In this document: in pieces, positions 12,248 through 20,797 of the stretch | Layout: every line of letters starts with the position of its first letter | Numbering within the stretch: the stretch's first letter is position 1 | Position numbers and translations under genes: made by a program | The notes under the pieces: generated by a model | Told to the model about the DNA's origin: nothing | What the model saw: the letters and a program-made list of their open reading frames with translations, nothing else | Databases searched by the model: none | Assembly: GCA_038230355.1 (NCBI GenBank) | Contig: JBBRNK010000007.1 | Location: 111,529 to 175,528 of the forward strand | Direction: 5' to 3' | Length of the DNA: 64,000 nucleotides | Origin: Mycobacteriales bacterium | Lineage (GTDB): Bacteria; Actinomycetota; Actinomycetes; Mycobacteriales; SCTD01

Positions 12248-13459
12248 TCAGACCCGAGCGCCGGCCACGCCGTGGCGGCGCAGCGCCCGCAGACCGAGCA
12301 GGGAGGAGCCGAACGTCAGCAGCCCACTGACGGCCGTCGCCGCGAAGGCCGCGCGGGCACCGGCGACGTCGACCAGCACCCCCGCGAGCGCCGTGCCCGC
12401 CGCCGCACCTCCGAAGATCATGCTGCCGTTCCAGGCGAAGGCCTCGGTGACCGTCCCGGGCGGCGCGGCGCTGCCGAGCAGCACCGAGTTGCAGGTGCTG
12501 AACGGCGCGATCGTCGATCCGCTCAGCATCAGGAGCAGGGCGAGCGCCAGCACCCCCGGGGCAAGTACGGGCAGGACCGCCCCGATGCTGACGGCCGCGA
12601 CGAGCGCCGGCAGCTGCCGGGACGCGGTGGCCCGCAGGTGCAGGCCGCCGTAGACCAGGCCGCCCAGGATCGACCCGACGCTCCACACGGCCAGCACCAC
12701 CCCGGCGACGGCCTTGGCGCTGCCGTGCTCGTCGACGAAGGCGAGCGTCGCCACCTCGATCGTCCCGAAGCCGACGCCGATCCAGAGCACGTTGAGCAGG
12801 CAGGCGCGTACGACCGGCGAGACGAGCGGACCCGCCAGGCCAGACGACCGCTCCGGATGTGGCTCGACCTGGGCCAGCAGCGAGCTGGCCGACAACCAGA
12901 GTGCACCCGCGCCGGCCACCAGCCCGCTTGCCACGACGCCCGCCGCCGGGTCGAGAGCCGTCGACAGCACGGCTACCAGGAGCGGTCCCAGGACGAAGCA
13001 GGCCTCCACGACGACGGACTCCAGCGAGTACGCAGAGGACAGCTGGTCACCCTCGACGACCACGCCCCACAGGGCCCGCATGACCGCCCCGAGCGGCGGC
13101 ACCGTCAGCCCTACCAGTACCGCGGCGGCCGCCAGCGCGAGCACCGACGCACCCGCCTCGGCGAGCGCGACGAGCAGGCCGAAGGCCAGTGGGTGCAGCA
13201 CCCCGCACCAGCGAAGGACCCCCACCGGACCGTTGCGATCCGCCCCGCGCGCCCGGGACGGAGCTCCGACGGCAAACGCCACCGCGTACGCCGCGGACAC
13301 CGCCCCCGCTCCGGCGTAGGAACCGGTCACGTCGCGGACCAGGATCAGCAGCGCCAACCCGGTCATGCCGAGGGAGAGCCGACCCACCACGCTGGCCGTC
13401 AGGGCGGTCGCCGTACCCGGCGGGCGCAGCACCTCGCCGTACCGGCTGAACACGCTCAT
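12248..13459 (-). CDS. MFS transporter
   Basis: ~400 aa with 12 predicted hydrophobic segments and an MFS-like loop after TM2. Start MSVFSRYGEV was chosen so that TM1 is intact. Confidence 0.8.
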   Translation of the reverse strand: MSVFSRYGEVLRPPGTATALTASVVGRLSLGMTGLALLILVRDVTGSYAGAGAVSAAYAVAFAVGAPSRARGADRNGPVGVLRWCGVLHPLAFGLLVALAEAGASVLALAAAAVLVGLTVPPLGAVMRALWGVVVEGDQLSSAYSLESVVVEACFVLGPLLVAVLSTALDPAAGVVASGLVAGAGALWLSASSLLAQVEPHPERSSGLAGPLVSPVVRACLLNVLWIGVGFGTIEVATLAFVDEHGSAKAVAGVVLAVWSVGSILGGLVYGGLHLRATASRQLPALVAAVSIGAVLPVLAPGVLALALLLMLSGSTIAPFSTCNSVLLGSAAPPGTVTEAFAWNGSMIFGGAAAGTALAGVLVDVAGARAAFAATAVSGLLTFGSSLLGLRALRRHGVAGARV

Positions 13460-14240
13460 GGGCGGCGACGCTACCCGCGGGGCTACGGTGCCAGATGTGA
13501 CCCACGTCGAGGCCGTGAGGTACTGGCTCGCCGAGCTGGCCCGACGGCGGGCCCAGCGCACGGTTGCGACGCCCGGAGGCTTCGCGGTCCGCGACGACGA
13601 CTACCCGTTGTCCCACGACCACAACAAGCTGCTCGTGCAGGGCCCGTGTGACGGCGCGGCACTGGCGGCCGCGGCCGAGCGGGCCCTCGGCGGCCTGGGC
13701 CATCGCCTCGTCGAGGTCCGCACCCCTCTGCTCGGTGACGTCCTCGGACCGTCGCTGGTCGGCTACGCACGCGGCGACAACCGGCTGCTGGCGTGGTCAG
13801 GGGACACCCCCGGGCGGCGGGCCACGGTCGAGCTCGACCTGGCCGGACGCACGGCTGCAGCCACTGCCGTGTGGACCGCTGACCTGCCCGCTGCAGGTCC
13901 AGAGGTCTGGCGTCAGCTCGGCGAGCGGGTCGTCCGGATGACCCGCGCCTGCACACCGACGTTCCTGGCCGCCCTCGGTCCTGACGGGGTCGTTGCGTGC
14001 ACGGCCGACCTCTACGTCCACCAGGGGATCGCACAGGTGGAGGAGGTGCTCACCGTCCCGGCGTACCAGGGGCAAGGGCTGGCCACGGGCGTGGTCCTGG
14101 ATGCGGTGGCCCGCGGGTTCGAGGCCGGCGCGACGACGGTCGTGATCGTGGCCGACGCCGACGACTGGCCGGTCGGGTGGTATCGCCGACTGGGGTTCGT
14201 CGACCTGGGCGGGACGAGCAGCTTCAGCCGGGTGACGTGA
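13458..14240 (+). CDS. GNAT family N-acetyltransferase
   Basis: C-terminal GNAT motifs VPAYQGQGLATGVV (motif A) and WYRRLGFVD are present. The start is uncertain: ATG at 13458 overlaps the divergent MFS start by 2 nt, and an alternative GTG lies at 13488. Confidence 0.65.
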   Translation: MGGDATRGATVPDVTHVEAVRYWLAELARRRAQRTVATPGGFAVRDDDYPLSHDHNKLLVQGPCDGAALAAAAERALGGLGHRLVEVRTPLLGDVLGPSLVGYARGDNRLLAWSGDTPGRRATVELDLAGRTAAATAVWTADLPAAGPEVWRQLGERVVRMTRACTPTFLAALGPDGVVACTADLYVHQGIAQVEEVLTVPAYQGQGLATGVVLDAVARGFEAGATTVVIVADADDWPVGWYRRLGFVDLGGTSSFSRVT

Positions 14241-14657
14241 CTGCGGTCTCGGCAGCGCGAAGCCGAGCGCACAGACCCACGATGATGGCCTTGCTCAGCT
14301 CGGGATGCTTCTCGAGGAGTCCGTTGAAGTCGATGGCGGTCAGCGAGAACGTCACGACCCCCGCCGCCCCTGCGACCACCGTGGCGGTCCGGGGCTTTGC
14401 GTCGAGCAGGGAGATCTCGCCGAAGTACTTGCCGGGACCCAGCTCGGGTCGCTGCTTGCCGCCGACCTCCACGGACGCACTGCCACCCACAATCAGATGG
14501 AAGCCGGCGCTTCCGCCACCCTCCGACACGATCTCGTGACCCGCTGCGTGATCGACGCGGCGACCGGACGCAGCCAGCCGCTTCAGGTCCCGACCGGAAA
14601 GGGACGCGAACAGATCGACGGCCTTCAGCTGGTCAAGGATCTGATCGTCGCTGGTCA
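14224..14657 (-). CDS. Stand-alone cyclic-nucleotide-binding (cNMP/CAP-effector) domain protein, no DNA-binding domain
   Basis: 144 aa beginning MTSDDQILDQLKAVDLFASLSGRDLKRLA..., with a GEISLLD phosphate-binding-cassette-like motif. An AAGGAG RBS precedes the ATG. The 3' end overlaps the convergent GNAT gene by 17 nt. Confidence 0.75.
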
Positions 14658-14788
14658 TAGCTGCTCCTTGGTGAGGTGACGACACCCTAACGCCGCCGGT
14701 CGATGCCGACGAGCACATCGGGCGGCGCCCATCGGCACCATGCGCGCGAGCTGGACGTGAGGCGCGGATCGTGCCGCTGCGGGCGGCG

Positions 14789-15613
14789 TCATCGGGCCAG
14801 GCAGTTCTGCCCGGCGCCGACCCGGTTGACCGTGCTGGTCGCTGAGGTCCCGTCCAAGCCGCCGGCAAGACCCCGCGGCACCGACCACTCCGGGCCCAGG
14901 CTGCCCGTCGTCACGACGACGTTGGGGTAGGCCTGGCGCAGCTCGGTCAGGGTGGTGCCGACGGCGATGCCGTCCGCGGTCGCCGGGTTCCGCGTCAATG
15001 CCTTGGTCTGCGACCACCCGACGAACGACGTCTGGTCGTAGAAGAGCGCGAAGCCGGTGAACACGGCGACCTGCACGCCTGCGCCGCAGTCGGGCAGCGG
15101 CGCACGGGTGGCGGTGTCGCCGAGGGCCTGAGCGACCGTCCGCTCCACCGTGCCGGGGTCGGCGCCGGCAAAGGTGAGGTGCCGGATCGAGGCGGGCCCG
15201 GCGAGGTAGCCGAGCCCGTCCGGCTCGAGAACGAGCTGCAGCCCGGGATCGGAGGTCGGGGTCGGCCCGGTCGGGGTCGGCCCGGTCGGGGCGGTCGCCG
15301 TCGGGGCGGGCGCGGTCGGGGCGGGCGCCGTCGGCTCCACGGTGGGCGGGGCGGGAGCGGGCGAGACAGGGGCGGGGGACGTCGGACCCGCCGACGTGCC
15401 GACGACAAGCCGCGAGAGGGGGGCCTGCCCGGGCCCGGCAGCACGAGCCGCGACGCCCGCCACCACCCCCGTCAACCCGAGCGCAGTCACGCCCCCCAGG
15501 GCAGCAAGCTTGACGCGGCGACGACGGGCCCCACCGCTGATGACGCCGGCAGGAAGGGGACCCAGCGGTGGGAGGTCGAGCAGCAGGGAGTCGAGATCGA
15601 GGTCGTCGGTCAT
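14789..15613 (-). CDS. Putative anti-sigma factor / single-pass membrane protein with Pro-Thr-Ala-rich linker (no ZAS motif)
   Basis: Start MTDDLDLDSLL overlaps the ECF sigma stop (ATGA at 15610-15613). It has a short N-terminal segment, one TM helix, a PT-repeat linker, and a ~150-aa C-terminal extracytoplasmic domain of unknown family. Confidence 0.6.
   Translation of the reverse strand: MTDDLDLDSLLLDLPPLGPLPAGVISGGARRRRVKLAALGGVTALGLTGVVAGVAARAAGPGQAPLSRLVVGTSAGPTSPAPVSPAPAPPTVEPTAPAPTAPAPTATAPTGPTPTGPTPTSDPGLQLVLEPDGLGYLAGPASIRHLTFAGADPGTVERTVAQALGDTATRAPLPDCGAGVQVAVFTGFALFYDQTSFVGWSQTKALTRNPATADGIAVGTTLTELRQAYPNVVVTTGSLGPEWSVPRGLAGGLDGTSATSTVNRVGAGQNCLAR
15252..15340 (-). repeat. Imperfect tandem 15-bp repeat (about 5-6 copies) encoding (P/A)TGPT/APAPT linker of the anti-sigma-like protein
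   Basis: cggtcggggtcggcc is repeated and then degenerates to cggtcggggcgggcgc-like units. Confidence 0.6.
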
Positions 15614-16098
15614 GCGTTCTCCAGGGTGTAGCGAAGGGCGGCGCGGCCACGTGACGCGAGGGACTTGACGGTGCCGACGGAGCAGCCGAGCTGCGCGGCG
15701 CACTCCTGCTCGGACAGGTCCAACCAGTGCCGCAGGACGACGGCGGCCCGTTGCCGGGAAGGCAGCTCGGCGAGGGCGGCCATCAGCCGCGCCCGCTCGG
15801 CGCGTGCGTCCGTGCCGTCGGCGGAGGCGTCGGTGTCGGCCCCCACGACGAGCGCCTCCTCGCGCGCCCGCTCGCGGCGTACCCGCTTCCGGCGGTGCGC
15901 GCTGTGCGCGGCGTTGACGACCATGCGTCGCAGGTACGCCTCGGGGTCGTCGACCGGACGTAACCGCCCTGCCAGGGCTGTGAAGCAGTCCTGGGTGATG
16001 TCCTCGGCGAGCTGGCGGTCACCGGTGAGCAGGTAGGCCAGGTTGCGGGCCCTGGGGGCCTGCCGGGCGTAGAGCTCGGCCAGGTCGTTTGGGGTCAC
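15610..16098 (-). CDS. ECF (sigma-70 family group IV) RNA polymerase sigma factor
   Basis: 162 aa with region 2 (DITQDCF) and region 4 HTH (LSEQECAAQLGCSVGTVKS) and a GTG start. It is co-oriented and overlapping with the downstream membrane protein. Confidence 0.9.
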   Translation of the reverse strand: MTPNDLAELYARQAPRARNLAYLLTGDRQLAEDITQDCFTALAGRLRPVDDPEAYLRRMVVNAAHSAHRRKRVRRERAREEALVVGADTDASADGTDARAERARLMAALAELPSRQRAAVVLRHWLDLSEQECAAQLGCSVGTVKSLASRGRAALRYTLENA

Positions 16099-16325
16099 GG
16101 GTCCTCAGGTTCCTCGGTGTCCGTGAAGGCAGCTGCCTTCGGGTGCCAGACGGCTCGGGTGCCCCTGAGGTTGCCGCGGCCCGGAAGGTGCCAAGGCCCT
16201 TGAGACGGTGGCTTTCCCGCCTTAGCCTGCCGTGGGGGTTCAGGCGCGGTCCAGTCGTGCCACTCTCGGCAGCCAGGACCGTGAGGTGTGTCTCCGGGAC
16301 GCTCGAAGGAGGAGGGACGGCCGAG

Positions 16326-16628
16326 GTGGCTGAGACGGAACAGAGTTGGGTGCAAGCTCGTCGGACGGCGCTGGTGGAGCGGCTCGCGGGCTCCGGCCGG
16401 GGGCTCGCCGTCAGCAGTGGTTGCGCGGCGAGCGGCGCCGCCCGACACGACGACGAGGTCGAGCGTCGGGCCGCCCGGGCTCTCGAGCGGCTCGACGCGG
16501 GCCTGGCTGGCACGTGCGAGGACTGCGGCGGCCCCATCCCCCGCGAACGGCTCGACGCCGTCCTGACCGTCACCCGGTGCGTCCCGTGCGCCGGGCCGGG
16601 GACGGTCGACACCCGCTGGTGCAGGTGA
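16326..16628 (+). CDS. TraR/DksA-family C4-type zinc-finger protein
   Basis: GTG start with an upstream GGAGGAGGG RBS. The C-terminal CEDCGGPIPRERLDAVLTVTRCVPC is a CxxC-x17-CxxC finger. It is divergent from the ECF sigma gene. Confidence 0.6.
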   Translation: MAETEQSWVQARRTALVERLAGSGRGLAVSSGCAASGAARHDDEVERRAARALERLDAGLAGTCEDCGGPIPRERLDAVLTVTRCVPCAGPGTVDTRWCR

Positions 16629-16733
16629 CCACCCGCAGGTGCCGCGCAGTCGGCCCCGGTCATCAGCGGCGACGTCGCCCGCCCACTCCCGCCCACCCGG
16701 GCCTGGGCGCCGGCGGCCGGGCATGATGACGGC

Positions 16734-17930
16734 GTGACCTACGACGTCGAACGAGTGCGCAGCTTCTTTCCCTCCCTGGCCGACGGTGTCGCCCGCTTCG
16801 ACGGGCCCGGAGGCTCGCAGACCCCACAGCAGGTAGCCGAGGCGGTGGCGGCCACCATGACCGCTGGACTGTCCAACCGGGGATCCGTGACCGCCGGTGA
16901 GAGGGCGGCGGACGAGGTCGTCGTGGCGGCCCGTCGGGCGGTCGCCGACCTGGTGGGAGCCGACCCGGCGGGCGTGGTGTTCGGCCGGTCCATGACGTCC
17001 CTGGCCTATCTGATGGCCCGTACGCTCGCCACCGGGTGGGGTCCGGGTGACGAGATCGTCGTGACGCGGCTGGACCACGACGCCGACATCCGCCCGTGGG
17101 TGCAGGCCGCTGAGGCGGCGGGCGCCACCATCCGCTGGGTGGAGTTCGACCGAGATACGGCGGAGCTCACCGTCGACCACGTCCGCCAGGTGCTGTCGGA
17201 ACGGACCCGGCTGGTGGCCGTCACCGGGGCCTCGAACCTGCTGGGATCGCGCCCGGACGTGCCGGCGATCGCCGCGGCCGCGCATGCCGTGGGGGCGCTC
17301 GTCCACGTCGACGCGGTCCACCTGGCCGCGCACGCTCCCATCGACCTGCCCTCGCTCGGCGCTGACCTGCTGACCTGCTCGCCGTACAAGTTCTTCGGGC
17401 CGCACCACGGCGTCCTCGTCGCCGACCCGGTGCTGCTGGAGACCCTGCGGCCGGACAAGCTGGCCCCGTCCAGCGACGTGGTGCCGGAGCGGTTCGAGCT
17501 CGGGACGCTGCCGTACGAGCTGCTGGCCGGGACGACGGCGGCGGTCGACGTCATCGCCGACCTCCTGCCCGGAACCGGGACCAGGCGCGAGCGGGTACTC
17601 GCCTCGATGGCGGCCGTGGAGACCTACGAAGACGAGCTGCTCGGCGTCCTGCTGGCCGGTCTGGACGGCATCGACGGGCTGACGGTCCACGGCGCTCCGC
17701 CCTGCCGTACGCCGACGGTGCTGCTGACGCTCGCGTCCAGGACGTCCCGTGAGGTGCACGAGGCGCTGGCGGCCAGGGACATCAACGCCCCGGCCAGCAG
17801 CTTCTACGCGCTGGAGGCCTCCCGTTGGATCGGCCTGGGCGACGGTGGAGGGGTCCGGGTGGGGTTGGCGCCGTACACGACCGCGGACGAGGTCGACCGG
17901 CTGCTCACCGCGCTCGCCGATCTGTCATGA
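16734..17930 (+). CDS. Aminotransferase class V / cysteine desulfurase-like PLP enzyme
   Basis: 398 aa of the NifS/SufS/CsdA-like fold with a PLP-lysine region SPYKFFGPHHG. Its stop overlaps the downstream SDR start (ATGA). Confidence 0.8.
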   Translation: MTYDVERVRSFFPSLADGVARFDGPGGSQTPQQVAEAVAATMTAGLSNRGSVTAGERAADEVVVAARRAVADLVGADPAGVVFGRSMTSLAYLMARTLATGWGPGDEIVVTRLDHDADIRPWVQAAEAAGATIRWVEFDRDTAELTVDHVRQVLSERTRLVAVTGASNLLGSRPDVPAIAAAAHAVGALVHVDAVHLAAHAPIDLPSLGADLLTCSPYKFFGPHHGVLVADPVLLETLRPDKLAPSSDVVPERFELGTLPYELLAGTTAAVDVIADLLPGTGTRRERVLASMAAVETYEDELLGVLLAGLDGIDGLTVHGAPPCRTPTVLLTLASRTSREVHEALAARDINAPASSFYALEASRWIGLGDGGGVRVGLAPYTTADEVDRLLTALADLS

Positions 17931-18679
17931 GCGGCCGGAAGGTCCTGGTCACCGGGTCGTCCCGGGGCATCGGGGCCGCCATCGCCAAGGCGTTTGCCGC
18001 AGCGGGGGACACCGTCGCTGTGCATCACCGCGACTCGGCCGCCCTCGCCGCGCAGCTGGTCGCGGACCTCCCCGGGACGGGGCACGTGGTCGTGCAGGGG
18101 GACCTGGCCCACGCCGACCAGGTTGCGGCAATGGTCGCTGCTGCTGCGGCCGGACTCGGCGGGTTGGACGTGTTGGTCAACAATGCCGGGATCTTCACGG
18201 CCCACCCACCGTTCGAGACCGACTGGCCTGCCTGGCAGGAAGCGTGGTCCCGCACGTTGGCGGTCAACCTGACGGCCGCGGCGCACGCCGTCTTCTGCGC
18301 CCTGCCGCACCTGGTGGCGGCCGGCAGCGGCGCTGTGGTGAACGTCGGCAGCCGCGGGGCGTTCCGGGGGGAACCGGACTGCCCGGCGTACGGCGCCTCA
18401 AAGGCCGGGCTGCACGCCTTGGGACAGTCGCTGGCACTGTCCTTGGCCCCCAAGGGAATCAGTGTGGCGACCGTCGCCCCCGGGTTCGTCGACACCGACA
18501 TGGCGGCCGAGCTGCTTACGGGGCCGACGGGGGACGCGATCCGGGCACAATCGCCCTTCAACCGCGTCGCCACAGCGGACGAGGTGGCCGGGGCCGTGCT
18601 GTGGCTGGCGTCGCCCGGGGCGCAGTTCAGCAGCGGCACCGTGCTGGACCTCAACGGGGCCTCGTACCTGAGGCCCTAA
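17927..18679 (+). CDS. Short-chain dehydrogenase/reductase (SDR)
   Basis: N-terminus MSGRKVLVTGSSRGIGAAIA is a TGxxxGxG Rossmann motif. A NNAG motif and the YGASK catalytic Tyr/Lys are present. Confidence 0.9.
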   Translation: MSGRKVLVTGSSRGIGAAIAKAFAAAGDTVAVHHRDSAALAAQLVADLPGTGHVVVQGDLAHADQVAAMVAAAAAGLGGLDVLVNNAGIFTAHPPFETDWPAWQEAWSRTLAVNLTAAAHAVFCALPHLVAAGSGAVVNVGSRGAFRGEPDCPAYGASKAGLHALGQSLALSLAPKGISVATVAPGFVDTDMAAELLTGPTGDAIRAQSPFNRVATADEVAGAVLWLASPGAQFSSGTVLDLNGASYLRP

Positions 18680-18754
18680 AATGCCGAGGCTCTGGCTCTC
18701 GTCGACGATCCCCGATGCGCGGTCCCCTTTGGGCTGGGTCGAACGAGCACGTCT

Positions 18755-18787
18755 CCCTCGTCACCTGTACGACGAGGGCTCTTTGCG
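18755..18787 (+). terminator. Hairpin (8-bp GC stem ccctcgtc/gacgaggg, 8-nt loop) followed by ctctttgcg; candidate intrinsic terminator after the SDR gene
   Basis: A stem-loop lies 76 nt after the SDR stop, followed by a T-containing tail. Confidence 0.45.
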
Positions 18788-18841
18788 TAGAGTCGCCGGC
18801 GTACCCGACAGCACGAGCATGCAACACATCGGAAGGATCAG

Positions 18842-19960
18842 ATGAGCGATCTCCCTGCCACGATGCGGCGGATCAGTAGCCTCGTCAGCGCCGAAGGCCA
18901 GGTCGAGGTCTCGCTGGAGACCGTGCCGATGCCGCAGCCGAAGGACGGCCAGGTCCTCATCAGGGTCGAGGCGGCCCCGCTGAATCCGTCCGACATCGCC
19001 GTCCTGCTGTCCGGGGCGACGGTCGCCCAGGCCCGACGCGACGGTGACACGCTCATAGCGCCGCTGCCCGAAGGAGCTCGCAGTGTCCTGACGGCGCAGG
19101 TCGCAAAGCCGACGATCGTTGGCAACGAGGGTGCGGGCGTGGTGGTCGCCGCCGGCCCCGGCGCAGAGGCGCTTGCCGGTACGACGGTCGCCTTCCTCGC
19201 CGGTGGGGCCTACGCCGAGTACCGCGTGGTGCCAGCCATGATGTGCCTGCAGCTGCCCGGCGGGACGGACCCGCGGGACGGGGCCTCGTGCTTCGTGAAC
19301 CCGTTGACCGCGCTCGGCATGGTCGAGACGATGCGTCGCGAGGGGCACACCGCTCTCGTCCACACCGCCGCTGCCTCCAACCTCGGGCAGATGCTCATCC
19401 GCATCTGCCTCGAGGACGGCATCGGCTTGGTCAACGTGGTCCGTCGCCCCGAACAGGCGCAGCTGCTCCGGGCGCTGGGAGCCGAGCACGTTGTCGTGAG
19501 CGGTTCGAAGACCTACCTCGCTGACCTGACCGCGGCGGTCGCGGTCACGGGAGCCACCCTGGGCTTCGACGCGATCGGTGGCGGCGACACCGCCAGCGAA
19601 CTGCTCATGGCGATGGAGACCGCGCTGATCGCCAACGGTGCTGCTGCCACGGGGTACGGGACCTCGGTGCGCAAGCAGGTCTACATCTACGGCGCACTCG
19701 ATGTCGGGCCCATCGTGATCAACCGGCGCTTCGGCTTCACCTGGGGGGTTGGCGGGTGGCTTCTGACGCCGTTCCTGGGAACCCTCTCGATGGACGACCA
19801 CCTGCGCCTGCGCGGCCGCGTCGTGGCCGGCCTGACAACGACGTTCGCCAGCAGCTACTCCGATGAGGTGTCCCTCGGGGGACTGCTCGACCCGTCGACG
19901 GCCCAGGCGTACGTCCGCCAGGCCACGGGCAGCAAGTTCCTCGTCCGCCCACAGATCTGA
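18842..19960 (+). CDS. Medium-chain (zinc-type/quinone oxidoreductase-like) dehydrogenase/reductase
   Basis: 372 aa of the MDR family, with RBS GGAAGGA before the ATG and the beta-strand/GroES-like N-terminus (QVLIRVEAAPLNPSD). Confidence 0.8.
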   Translation: MSDLPATMRRISSLVSAEGQVEVSLETVPMPQPKDGQVLIRVEAAPLNPSDIAVLLSGATVAQARRDGDTLIAPLPEGARSVLTAQVAKPTIVGNEGAGVVVAAGPGAEALAGTTVAFLAGGAYAEYRVVPAMMCLQLPGGTDPRDGASCFVNPLTALGMVETMRREGHTALVHTAAASNLGQMLIRICLEDGIGLVNVVRRPEQAQLLRALGAEHVVVSGSKTYLADLTAAVAVTGATLGFDAIGGGDTASELLMAMETALIANGAAATGYGTSVRKQVYIYGALDVGPIVINRRFGFTWGVGGWLLTPFLGTLSMDDHLRLRGRVVAGLTTTFASSYSDEVSLGGLLDPSTAQAYVRQATGSKFLVRPQI

Positions 19961-20224
19961 GGGATGCTGGTTGGGCCTACTCCCCATGGCCCAGCACCGA
20001 GGCGCCTTGGACCCCCTTCGCCTGGATCCACCGGTCCGGATGAGGTCATCTTGTTCTCATTGTTGTCACAGGGTTTGGCAGGCGATGTCAGACGAGGCGT
20101 CCGAGCTGGAACCGCTCGACGGCGTGACGCACGTCGCCCTTGCTCATGCGTCGATGCTGTTGGTTGCTTCGGCGAGCTCCGACGGGGGTTGCCATTCCTG
20201 GGAACTGGGCGTTCCATCAGGCCG

Positions 20225-20797
20225 GTGGAGAACTCGACAGCGATCGCCGAGACCCTTGACGGGGTCGGTCCGCGGCTGCGGCAGATCCGGGAGTCTCGGG
20301 GTCTCACACTGACCGACCTGGCTGTGCGGACGGGCATCTCCAAGAGCACCCTGTCCCGACTTGAGAACGGACAGCGCCGACCCAGCCTGGAACTGCTCCT
20401 CCCGATCGCGCAGGCCCACCGGGTCCCGCTCGATGACCTGGTCGGCGCTCCAGAGGTCGGGGACCCGAGGATCCGGCTCAAGGCGCGACGCGTCCGCGGG
20501 CGCACGGTGCTGCCCCTGACTAACGGACCCGTCGGCGTGCAAGCCTGGAAGATGATCCTTCCCGCCATGACCACGCCGAAGGTCCGGGTTCATGAGGGCC
20601 ACGAGTGGCTGTACGTGCTGACCGGCCAGATGCGTCTCATCCTCGGCCAACGGGAGCTGGTCCTGAAGGCGGGCGAGGCGATCGAGTTCGACACCAGCGT
20701 GCCCCACTGGTTCGGGAGCGCCGGCGAGCACCCGGCCGAGGTCCTGAGCCTGTTCGGGCGCCCCGGCGAGCGGATGCAGGTGCGTGAGCGGGCATGA
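20225..20797 (+). CDS. XRE-family HTH plus cupin-domain transcriptional regulator
   Basis: HTH LTLTDLAVRTGISKSTLSRLENGQRRP followed by a C-terminal cupin (HEGHEWLYVLTGQMRLILG...GEAIEFD). A GTG start at 20225 is assumed. Its stop overlaps the start of the next gene (ATGA). Confidence 0.7.
   Translation: MENSTAIAETLDGVGPRLRQIRESRGLTLTDLAVRTGISKSTLSRLENGQRRPSLELLLPIAQAHRVPLDDLVGAPEVGDPRIRLKARRVRGRTVLPLTNGPVGVQAWKMILPAMTTPKVRVHEGHEWLYVLTGQMRLILGQRELVLKAGEAIEFDTSVPHWFGSAGEHPAEVLSLFGRPGERMQVRERA

Noticed and set aside
9620-13651. 1343-aa plus-strand ORF
   Set aside because: It spans the antisense strand of the DUF1501, DUF1800 and MFS genes and is Arg/Pro/Gly-rich noise.
16095-17759. 554-aa minus-strand ORF
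   Set aside because: It is antisense to the TraR-like and class V aminotransferase genes and has no motifs.
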